The position numbers and the translations under genes were made by a program. The notes under the pieces were generated by a model. The model worked only from the letters and a program-made list of their open reading frames with translations, was not told where the DNA came from and searched no databases. Below are positions 1-9,426 of a stretch of DNA of 64,000 bases, in pieces. How positions within the stretch are numbered: the stretch's first letter is position 1; each line of letters opens with the position of its first letter. The DNA is from an uncultured Bacteroidota bacterium. Its GTDB lineage: Bacteria; Bacteroidota; Ignavibacteria; Kryptoniales; JAKASW01. The stretch is from contig OY969888.1 in the NCBI GenBank assembly GCA_963704305.1, forward strand, positions 1,264,830 through 1,328,829, written 5' to 3'.

Positions 1-1
1 C

Positions 2-1240
<1,239 letters not shown>

Positions 1241-1296
1241 TCGTAGCATGAACGCTGTGGATGGCTTCTGAAAGCTGCGGCGATGAAACGGTCGGC

Positions 1297-1351
1297 TGAT
1301 AACCGGTTCCACTGAACGGCATATTGACGCCGCTGAACCCGAACGTTGGCA
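1297..1351 (+). mobile_element. Degenerate attC-like (integron cassette) site
   Basis: TGATAAC-CGGTTCCA...CGGC-atattgac-GCCG-C-TGAACCCG-AAC-GTTGGCA is an imperfect inverted repeat with AAC/GTT ends and one extra base in the left arm. The spacer after AAC is missing. An ATG follows immediately. Confidence 0.35.
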
Positions 1352-1547
1352 TGGAATATAAAGAAGAGATCTGAACAAAGAAGATAGAAGAAGTCTGAGA
1401 AAACGAAAACAGCAGAAGATCATTGCCAGACAGCGTGTATGCCCTACGGCGCCCGATTGGCGTCTCCGGGTTCAGAGACGCGTAGTTTCTCATTGAATAA
1501 GATTTATTCCGCGTCTTTCCTTCGGAGTACTTCTCTCTCAGGAAAAA

Positions 1548-1593
1548 CAGCGAGCTCCGAACGCTCATCCCCGGCGTTCGGGGCTCACCGCTG
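1548..1593. other. Strong GC-rich hairpin upstream of the desaturase
   Basis: CAGCG-AGCTCCGAACGC-(9 nt)-GCGTTCGGGGCT-CAC-CGCTG. Confidence 0.55.
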
Positions 1594-1721
1594 ATATGGC
1601 ATTTTATCTTCCCTCCTTGTTTGTCGTCTCTGGCTGTCATAATTTGAACCAGGTTGAGCCCCACAGGATGCGCCAAAGGCGCAAAAGGCTAAGGTTTCCC
1701 ACATTCAAACAGAGAAGAGAG

Positions 1722-2701
1722 ATGCAAAAAGAACCTGAATGCCCAACTAAATCCCTTCAGGAAAAGTATGAGGTCTTGCGCGACCTAGAAGGAGCGGTCC
1801 GGAACCTGATAGCACACCACGAATCGAAACGGGAGTCTGGTTCCCCTCTCAGTTCCTCCCCGCCGATCAAGGAACAGACAACGAAAAACAGATTGTAGAT
1901 CTCCGGAAACGAGCGGAAGGAATTTCCGACAGCGCGAGAGTCGCCCTCACTCTAAACATCCTGACCGAAGAAGGCCTTCCTCATTTCCACCGGCTGATCG
2001 CGCACAACCTTGGAGACGGTCCTCACTGGACAGAATGGAACGGGCTTTGGACAGCGGAAGAAGACCGGCATGGAAACGTATTGAGAGATTACATCCGCGA
2101 TTCCAGACTTCTCAACTTTTCTGTGCTGGAGAAGCTTCAGTTCGATTACGTCCGCTCTGGATTTCATCCCAACTGGAATGGAGACCCCTACAAAGTTTTC
2201 GTTTACACAAGCGCCCAGGAGAAAGCGACCTTCGTATCCCATCTCCATACCGGAAAGCTTGTCGGCGAACAGGAACCGCTCCTCTTTGAGATTACTCAGA
2301 GGATTGCCCAGGACGAATCGCGGCACTACGCTTTCTACCTGAACGTATTCAAGGAGATCCTCAATCGCGATCCGAACGGAGCGCTGGAAAGTGCGGCAGC
2401 CATAATGCCGAGCATCGACATGCCGGGAATCTCGATGGCGAACTTCAACGAGTATGCGGACGTTGTGCGCCGCTCCGGTATTTATGGTCCGAGGGATTAC
2501 CAGAAAATCGTCGAGCAGCTAATCGGATCATGGAACATCGGCCTCCTGACACAGCTCAACGAGATAGGCCGCAGGGCACAGGAGAAAATCATGTCGATAC
2601 CCGGACGCATTCAGAAAATAGCCGAGTTCATCGAGTCGCGCATCGAGGCCAAGAGTTTCGCATTCGACGTGATCTACGGGCGCGTGCTCGAGATGGGATA
2701 G
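1722..2701 (+). pseudogene. Acyl-ACP desaturase (ferritin-like diiron) with a 1-nt frameshift near 1836; either a pseudogene or an assembly indel
   Basis: ATG at 1722 gives EKYEVLRDLEGAVRNLIAHHESKRE. The frame from 1838 gives WFPSQFLPAD...NILTEEGLPHFH...WTAEEDRHG...IAQDESRHYAFY...IDMPG, with two EXXH diiron motifs. The junction reads GAG-TC-TGG. Confidence 0.85.
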
Positions 2702-2806
2702 TCCTGACTTTTGCTTAGCAAAGCAGACGCTTACAGTTGCTTATCGTCAGCTCACAGGTGCTTGCTCCTTGAAAACCGCTGGCTTTATCGCCTACTGACT
2801 CTGAAA

Positions 2807-3169
2807 TTACTCTTCCTTCCCTCGGATGCGGATGATATTCTCCTCGACTATCCATAGCCGTTGGTCAAGAGGTTCGACCCCAATCGCAGATAGAACGTGA
2901 GTGAAGATTTTCACAACGTGTTTCTTCCCCTGAGTACCGACTCTCAGAACGATGATCCCACTGTACTCCGCCGGCGGGTATGCCCCGATATTGGAGAAAT
3001 CTGTGTCCAAGGTAACAAGAACACGACCCTCTTCCTTGCACAAGCTCACGAGGGCCAAATCATCTACGCCCTCCAACCGTTGATCACCTACTGTCTTCGC
3101 GTCATGACCTCTGTCGAGAAGGGATCTCGCTATCTCAACGGGTAGATTCTCATCAACCTTGAAACGCAC
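2807..3169 (-). CDS. DUF5615 PIN-like toxin (VapC45-like)
   Basis: MRFKVDENLP...D...GRVLVTLDTDF is the typical DUF5615 pattern; the gene lies directly downstream of a DUF433 gene. Confidence 0.9.
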   Translation of the reverse strand: MRFKVDENLPVEIARSLLDRGHDAKTVGDQRLEGVDDLALVSLCKEEGRVLVTLDTDFSNIGAYPPAEYSGIIVLRVGTQGKKHVVKIFTHVLSAIGVEPLDQRLWIVEENIIRIRGKEE

Positions 3170-3175
3170 TTCCCG

Positions 3176-3487
<312 letters not shown>

Positions 3488-3596
3488 CTAAGTCGGGTTG
3501 AGCTCGAACTGGATGGAATGACGCGCTAGCGCTTGTCGGAGCCGATCATCTACAATGGGCTTCCCAGGCAGGACCTTTCGGAAACAGAAGAAGGTT

Positions 3597-5231
3597 TTAC
3601 TTCTCTCCCATGAACGGATAACGGTAGTTCTTCGGAGGGATCAAGTTTTCCTTCGTACTCCGCGGCGACATCCACCTTACCATATTCAGGAAGCTGCCGG
3701 CTTTGTCGTTCGTCCCGCTCGCGCGTGCGCCGCCGAACGGCTGCTGGCCGACGACGGCGCCGGTCGGCTTGTCGTTGATGTAGAAGTTCCCGGAGGCATT
3801 GATCAGTATACGATTCGCCGTGGCCACGGCATACCTGTCGTGCGCGAAGATTGCACCGGTCAGTGCGTACGGCGAGGTCTCATCACAGAGCTGAAGCGTC
3901 TCTTCATATTTGTCATCGTCGTAAACATAGATCGTCATTACCGGTCCGAATATCTCCTCTTCCATGGTGCGGAAGTGCGGATTCTTCGTTAGAATGATCG
4001 TCGGCTCGATGAAGTATCCCTTCGAATCGTCGTAATTGCCGCCGCAAACGATCTCCGCATCGCCCGACTTCTTTGCATAGCCTATGTATTCGGTAATGGT
4101 GGTGAATGCGCCCTTGTCGATAACTGCGTTCATGAAGTTGGTGAAGTCGCATACATCGCCCATCTTGATAGTCTTAATCTCGCCGAGCATGTGGTCCTTC
4201 AGATTCGCCCATATCGATTTCGGTATGTAAGCGCGTGAGGCTGCGGAACATTTCTGTCCCTGGTACTCGAATGCGCCCCGGATGATCCCGACTCCGAGCT
4301 CCTCGATGTCCGCGCTCCTGTGAGCGAATATGAAATCCTTGCCGCCCGTTTCGCCGACGATCCGGGGATACCATTTGTACTTGCCGATGTTCCCGCCGAC
4401 TGTTCTCCACATATCGTGGAACACAGCCGTGCTGCCGGTGAAGTGAATCCCAGCAAGATAAGGCGAAGCCATCGCGGGTCGACCGACCGCACCGCCCGAT
4501 CCTGGCACGAAGTTCATCACTCCCGGCGGCACTCCGGCTTCCTGAAAGAGTTTCATGATGTAGTAGGCAGAATAAACTGCGCTCGACGCCGGCTTATCGA
4601 GAACGACATTGCCGACCATCGCCGGAGCAGAAGGAAGGTTTCCCGCTATCGAAGTGAAGTTGAATGGCGACACTGCAAACACGAACCCTTCAAGCGGACG
4701 GTATTCCATCTTGTTCCGTACATCCATCGGTGAATGGGGCGGCTGCTGCTCGAAGAGCTGCATCGCATAGTACGCATTGAACCGGAAGAAGTCGGTGAGC
4801 TCTGCGGCGGAATCGATCTCCGCCTGGAAAACATTCTTGCTCTGCCCGAGCATCGTGGCCGCGTTGAGCGTATCGCGCCACGGACCGGAAAGAAGTGCGG
4901 CTGCCTTCATGAAGATTGAAAGCCGCTCTTCCCAATCCAACGCTGCCCATGCTTTCCGCGCGGCGAGTGCGGCCTCGATGGCCATATTGACTTCCTTCTC
5001 ACCAGCCTGATGATAAGTCGCTATCACTGTGCGATGATCGTGGGGTAGAACGCACTTTCCGATCTTGCCCGTCCTGACCTCTTCTCCGCCAATGATCAGT
5101 GGAATTTCGATTTCTTTATTCTGCATCTCTTCCAATTTTGCTTTCAGCGATGCCCGCTCCGGCGATCCGGCCAGATAATTCTTCACCGGCTCGTTCGGCG
5201 GCAGGGGTATTTCAAATTTTGCGTTGGACAA
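3597..5231 (-). CDS. pruA: Delta-1-pyrroline-5-carboxylate (L-glutamate gamma-semialdehyde) dehydrogenase, ALDH4A1/PruA type
   Basis: PPNEPVKNY, EIDSAAELTDFFRFN, SPFNFTSI, ETGGKDF, FEYQGQKCSA (catalytic Cys), GAVVGQQPFGGARASGTNDKAG; AAGGAG RBS before a TTG start. Confidence 0.96.
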   Translation of the reverse strand: MSNAKFEIPLPPNEPVKNYLAGSPERASLKAKLEEMQNKEIEIPLIIGGEEVRTGKIGKCVLPHDHRTVIATYHQAGEKEVNMAIEAALAARKAWAALDWEERLSIFMKAAALLSGPWRDTLNAATMLGQSKNVFQAEIDSAAELTDFFRFNAYYAMQLFEQQPPHSPMDVRNKMEYRPLEGFVFAVSPFNFTSIAGNLPSAPAMVGNVVLDKPASSAVYSAYYIMKLFQEAGVPPGVMNFVPGSGGAVGRPAMASPYLAGIHFTGSTAVFHDMWRTVGGNIGKYKWYPRIVGETGGKDFIFAHRSADIEELGVGIIRGAFEYQGQKCSAASRAYIPKSIWANLKDHMLGEIKTIKMGDVCDFTNFMNAVIDKGAFTTITEYIGYAKKSGDAEIVCGGNYDDSKGYFIEPTIILTKNPHFRTMEEEIFGPVMTIYVYDDDKYEETLQLCDETSPYALTGAIFAHDRYAVATANRILINASGNFYINDKPTGAVVGQQPFGGARASGTNDKAGSFLNMVRWMSPRSTKENLIPPKNYRYPFMGEK

Positions 5232-5271
5232 TGTGGTGATCTCCTTTTCTTTAGAATAAAACGGCGAACAA

Positions 5272-5350
5272 AGTCAAAACTCAAAGGTAGTCGTCTTCAA
5301 GTTTGGACTTTTGAGTTGCAGTTTTGACATTTGACTTTTGACCTATGACT
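5272..5350. repeat. Inverted arrays of 7-bp tandem repeats (AGTCAAA / TTTGACT type)
   Basis: AGTCAAA-ACTCAAA at 5272-5285, opposite TTGGACT TTTGAGT ... TTTGACA TTTGACT TTTGACC TATGACT at 5303-5350. Confidence 0.75.
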
Positions 5351-5363
5351 TCCTTTGTTTGAC

Positions 5364-6482
5364 TTATTTCTTTATGCTTTCTTCTAACGCCTCAAGACAC
5401 AGCTTAACATTTTTCTCGTTCGAAGTGTATCCCATCAAACCGATTCTCCAGATCTTCCCGGAAAGCTGCCCGAGTCCGGCGCCGATTTCAATGTTGTATT
5501 TGTCGAGAAGGCGATCTCTGACGACGGCTTCGTTCACGCCTTCGGGGACCGATACTGTGACGAGCTCCGGCAGGCTTGCTTCGCCGGTGACGAAAGTCTG
5601 GAGCCCGATCTTCCCGAGCCCGGCGCGGAACAGTTCTGAATTCCTTTGGTGCCGTGCCCATGCGTTTTGAAGCCCTTCTTCATGAACAAGAAGAAGTGCT
5701 TCATGCAGACCATAGAGTGCGTTGATCGGAGCAGTGTGATGGTAAGTTCGCTTTGCGCCGCTCCAGTAGCTCAGCACCAGCCCGACATCCATGAACCAGC
5801 TTTGCACTTTCGTCTTGCGTTTCTTGATCGCATCGACTGCGCGCTCGCTGAACGTGATAGGTGAAAGTCCGGGTGGACAGGAGAGGCACTTCTGACTCCC
5901 GGAATAGACAACGTCGAGCTCCCAATCATCGACCTTTACGGGAATTCCGCCGAGAGATGTGACTGTGTCGGCGATAGTAAGACACCCGTATTTACAGGCG
6001 ATGCGTGCGAGTTCTTCTATGTCGGAACGAGCACCGGTCGAGGTTTCAGCGTGCACGAATGCGACAACCTTCGTGTCTTTGTTTTTTGCAAGAGCATCTT
6101 CAAGCTTCGCCGGATCTACCGGTTGTCCCCAGGGCGCATCCACAACAACGGGTGTACCACCATGGCGTTCCACCATCTCCCTGATGCGGCCGCCGAACGC
6201 ACCGTTGACACAGACTGCAACCTTTGTCCCCGGCTCGACCATATTCACGACGGCGGTTTCCATCCCCACAGACCCGGGGCCGGAAACGGGAAACGTAACT
6301 TCGTTCTTCGTCAGAAATGTATCTCTCAGGAGTGATTTTATTTCATCCATCAATCCGATAAATGCAGGATCAAGGTGTCCGATTGTCGGCCGTGCCATGG
6401 CCTCTAATACACGCGGATGGACATTAGACGGACCCGGTCCCATCAGGATTCTCCCGGGAGGATTGAAAGAATTTATCTTCAT
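5364..6482 (-). CDS. Alanine-glyoxylate / serine-pyruvate aminotransferase (PLP class V)
   Basis: LMGPGPSNVHPRVL, VHAETSTG, DTVTSLGG, YSGSQKCLSCPPG (PLP lysine), YHHTAPIN, IWRIGLMG; AGXT-like throughout. Confidence 0.92.
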   Translation of the reverse strand: MKINSFNPPGRILMGPGPSNVHPRVLEAMARPTIGHLDPAFIGLMDEIKSLLRDTFLTKNEVTFPVSGPGSVGMETAVVNMVEPGTKVAVCVNGAFGGRIREMVERHGGTPVVVDAPWGQPVDPAKLEDALAKNKDTKVVAFVHAETSTGARSDIEELARIACKYGCLTIADTVTSLGGIPVKVDDWELDVVYSGSQKCLSCPPGLSPITFSERAVDAIKKRKTKVQSWFMDVGLVLSYWSGAKRTYHHTAPINALYGLHEALLLVHEEGLQNAWARHQRNSELFRAGLGKIGLQTFVTGEASLPELVTVSVPEGVNEAVVRDRLLDKYNIEIGAGLGQLSGKIWRIGLMGYTSNEKNVKLCLEALEESIKK

Positions 6483-6638
6483 TATTTTCTCCTGCTCAAT
6501 TTAAGTCCGATCTCCGATCTCTCAAGACATGCAAAGATAGTTTCATTCTAAGTTCAAGCACGTTTGAATAGAGCGACCGAGTAATTTGTCCGCGGCGTTG
6601 CTTCGGCAGATCATGATCCAGGGACCTTCTCCCCCTTG

Positions 6639-6825
6639 TCCCGATCCTGATACATCTGCCGCTCTGCGGCATCCCGCACACCACATATACAATAATGAGC
6701 GGGACATGTTTTGATCGGGATCCCGAACATCCTGTTCGGGAATGGGGGAGAACAAAAGAGAGGGTGATAGGTTCACTCTCTCTAATTCTCACCCTCACCT
6801 TAATCCTCTCCCGTCAAGGGAGAGG
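6639..6825. repeat. Cluster of palindromic (REP-like) elements downstream of the DUF559 gene
   Basis: TCCCGATC (6639) pairs with GATCGGGA (6713); TCCCGAAC-N5-GTTCGGGA at 6721-6741; GAGGGTGA...TCACCCTC; CCCTCACCTTAATCCTCTCCC-GTCAA-GGGAGAGG at 6792-6825. Confidence 0.75.
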
Positions 6826-6889
6826 AGGCAAGCAATCATGGCACAGCCCCGCGTAAAGACGTGGTTTCTTTCGGAGTATTTGAACATGT

Positions 6890-7228
6890 TCAAATGCATT
6901 CGAGTATTCGCTCCACTACGCCGTTCATGTTCGTTAGAATATCATTATCAGCAAATCTCAGGACCTTGAAACCTTGTTCCCACAACCACGCGTCCCTACT
7001 CAAATCTCTCTTCTTCTCTTCAGCGTCGTAGTGCTGAGCGCCATCTGCCTCAATAATCAACTTCCTTTCAAGGCACACAAAATCCACGATGAACTGTCCA
7101 ATTGGTTGCTGCCTCCTGAACTTTAATCCTTCAAGTTGTTTTCCCCGAAGTGCTCTCCACAGAGACGATTCAGCATCAGTCATCCTTTTGCGAAAGCTTC
7201 TTGCAAGTGGCGTTAACCGGCTCTTCAT
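6890..7228 (-). CDS. DUF559 (Vsr-like, very-short-patch-repair-type) endonuclease
   Basis: From ATG at 7228: LARSFRKRMTDAESSLW...KFRRQQPIGQFIVDFVC...IEADGAQH...RDAWL...GFKVLRF. Confidence 0.92.
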   Translation of the reverse strand: MKSRLTPLARSFRKRMTDAESSLWRALRGKQLEGLKFRRQQPIGQFIVDFVCLERKLIIEADGAQHYDAEEKKRDLSRDAWLWEQGFKVLRFADNDILTNMNGVVERILECI

Positions 7229-7342
7229 ATACCAGCGATGACTTTCTGTACCATGATGAACATAGCTCCCTTGCTTGACGGAACGGAACAAAAGGCAGGA
7301 TGAACCGACAAAGAAAGCTTTCCTCTCGATGTCAAGGCGTAC

Positions 7343-8224
7343 TTAATCAAGAAGGCCTGCCGACTTCAATATCGTTTTCAAATCTTCGCGCTCACGGTCG
7401 CCGAGCGGTGAAAGCGGACTCCGCGGATCACCACCGAAATAGCCTAGCATATCCATCGCCGCCTTCAGACCCGGCACGCCGTACTTGGATGTGACGGCTT
7501 TGTTAATTGGAATCAGTTTCATCTGCAGGGCAGAAGCTTCGTCGTGCTTCCCCTCGTCAAAGAGCCGCTGAAGCTCGACACACTCGTCCGGCGCTATGTT
7601 CGCGAGAGCAAGTATTCCACCTGTAGCGCCTGCCGCCAGACCGGGATACAAGACGGAAGCGGTCCCAACGAGCACCGAAAAATCTTTCGGCACACTGCTA
7701 ATTATCTCAGCCATGTGTGCCGCATTCTCTGCGCTGTTCTTCAGTCCGACAATGTTCCCGTGCCCTGATAACTCCGCGACAGCATCTGCCTCAATGTTTA
7801 CGCCGGTGAACTTCGGAACGTTATAAATGATCAGCGGAATCTTAATCCTGTCGGCCACTTCAGTGAAGTATCTCACGAATGCAGCGCTGTTCATCTGTCC
7901 CTTGTAGAATGACGGTGTGAGAACTAACGCGTAATCGGCACCGCGCTCTGCCGCTTCGTTCGAGAGGTCGATCGTTTCCTTTATTGAGTCAGAGCCTGTT
8001 CCGGCAATAAGTAATTTCCCCGACGCGATGTTCTTCTTCGTGACCTCGACCAGTTTCAGTTTTTCCTCTCGCGTCAGGAACACACTTTCTCCGTTGGAAC
8101 CCATGACAACAAATCCGCTGAGGCCGCTTTCGTTCCACCGATTCAAGTTTTCAGCGAGCCTGCTGTATGCCACTTCACCATTTTCAAATGGTGTAGTGAT
8201 CGGAGGCATTATACCTTTTATCAT
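7343..8224 (-). CDS. DHDPS-family aldolase, 4-hydroxy-2-oxoglutarate aldolase (HOGA1)-like
   Basis: GSNGE instead of the DapA GTTGE, plus TPSFYKGQMNSAA, YNVPKFTG, Schiff-base GLKNS, GGILALAN and KYGVPGLKAAMDMLGYFGG. These segments match HOGA1 as I recall it. Confidence 0.8.
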   Translation of the reverse strand: MIKGIMPPITTPFENGEVAYSRLAENLNRWNESGLSGFVVMGSNGESVFLTREEKLKLVEVTKKNIASGKLLIAGTGSDSIKETIDLSNEAAERGADYALVLTPSFYKGQMNSAAFVRYFTEVADRIKIPLIIYNVPKFTGVNIEADAVAELSGHGNIVGLKNSAENAAHMAEIISSVPKDFSVLVGTASVLYPGLAAGATGGILALANIAPDECVELQRLFDEGKHDEASALQMKLIPINKAVTSKYGVPGLKAAMDMLGYFGGDPRSPLSPLGDREREDLKTILKSAGLLD

Positions 8225-8239
8225 CTCAACGCTTTCAAT

Positions 8240-9169
8240 TCAACTTGAGAAAATATTTTTCGCGACGAACCAGACATTCGCAGGACGCTCAGCTAGACGG
8301 CGGACGTACCATTTGTACCAAGCCTTGCCGTAACTTATCAGAACGCGGATTCGATAACCTTCATTCGCAAGACGCTTCTGATCGCTCGCTTTGATCCCGT
8401 ACAGCATTTGTATCTCGACCTTACCTTTCGACAAACCGATTTTCTTTGAAGCGTCGAGTATCCTGCCGTGAAGTCGGGTATCATGAGTTCCGAACGCAAC
8501 TCTCGCGCCGTTCTCCTTTATACCGCGGAGAAGTATTTGGGACAGCTCGAAGTAATTGTCATCGACATCTTTCTTCTCGGGAAACACGATCTCATCCGGT
8601 TCCTTGTACGCACCCTTGACGAGACGGATCATCGGAGAAATCTTCAGCAGATCCTGTATGTCGTTTCTTGTCCGTCTCAAATACGATTGGAGACAAACTC
8701 CCGTATTCGGATAATCTTTCCTCGCTTTTCGATAAAGGTCCAGCGTCGCATCGACATAGTCGCTCCGTTCCATGTCGATCCAGACGACGTTATTGAGCTG
8801 GCGCGCATTCTCCGCAATGAGCCTGAAGTTTTCATATGCGCGCTCTTCCGACAGATCGAGCCCGAGCTGAGTCAGCTTCACCGAAATTTCAATGTCGAGT
8901 ATCTCCGATGAAATTCTCTCGAGGACTTCGATGTAATGATTCCTCACCGTTTCTGCTTCGTTCAGGTCGCGTATGCTTTCACCGAGATAGGTGAAGACCG
9001 TTGGAATTCCATCACCCTTGAAAATCCTCGCCGCTCCGATCGCATCCTCGAGACTTTCTCCCGGCATGAACTTCTTCAATGCTTTCCGAACAAAACTGAG
9101 ATTCGGAACGTGCTCGATCAGCGTCGGGTTCTCAGATGCCCAGAGAAGAATATTTCTGGAAATTCCCAA
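8240..9169 (-). CDS. Monofunctional proline dehydrogenase (FAD, TIM barrel)
   Basis: ISVKLTQLGL, WIDME, GVCLQSYLRRT, IRLVKGAYKEP, FGTHD, QMLYGI, YGKAWYKWYVRRLAERPAN. Confidence 0.95.
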   Translation of the reverse strand: MGISRNILLWASENPTLIEHVPNLSFVRKALKKFMPGESLEDAIGAARIFKGDGIPTVFTYLGESIRDLNEAETVRNHYIEVLERISSEILDIEISVKLTQLGLDLSEERAYENFRLIAENARQLNNVVWIDMERSDYVDATLDLYRKARKDYPNTGVCLQSYLRRTRNDIQDLLKISPMIRLVKGAYKEPDEIVFPEKKDVDDNYFELSQILLRGIKENGARVAFGTHDTRLHGRILDASKKIGLSKGKVEIQMLYGIKASDQKRLANEGYRIRVLISYGKAWYKWYVRRLAERPANVWFVAKNIFSS

Positions 9170-9426
9170 TTAACGACTTCCTTCCACTTGACTGCGATGC
9201 GAAAGTGAAATCGGGAGGGTGTCTGCCGAGTTGTCCTTTTCAATCATGAGAAGTAATCGTGCTTAGTTAGAAAGAAACCGGAATTTTAGGAACCGGATTA
9301 ATCTAACATTCAAAACGGAAATTTTCGAGACCGCATGATAACCGGGAAAGCTTTTCAATTTCAGCAAGAATCGGGTTTCCCATTGGACACTTTTTGAATA
9401 ACTTTGTTATACAATTGGGAGGTCAC

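Noticed and set aside
1351-1490. In-frame TGA codons in the small ORF after the attC-like site as selenocysteine or recoding
   Set aside because: No redox motif context and no SECIS-like hairpin recognised; normal genes here end in TGA (for example katG), so the standard code applies.
1596-1898. 100-aa ORF as an independent gene
   Set aside because: Its part from 1722 is the N-terminus of the frameshifted desaturase; the rest is read-through.
6496-6798. ORFs 6496-6798 and 6543-6776 as small genes (one contains CAGC)
   Set aside because: They run through the palindrome cluster, have no RBS or family motif, and show atypical composition.
7343-8224. Assignment as dapA (lysine biosynthesis)
   Set aside because: It has GSNGE rather than GTTGE, HOGA1-like segments, and no dapB/asd/lysC context.
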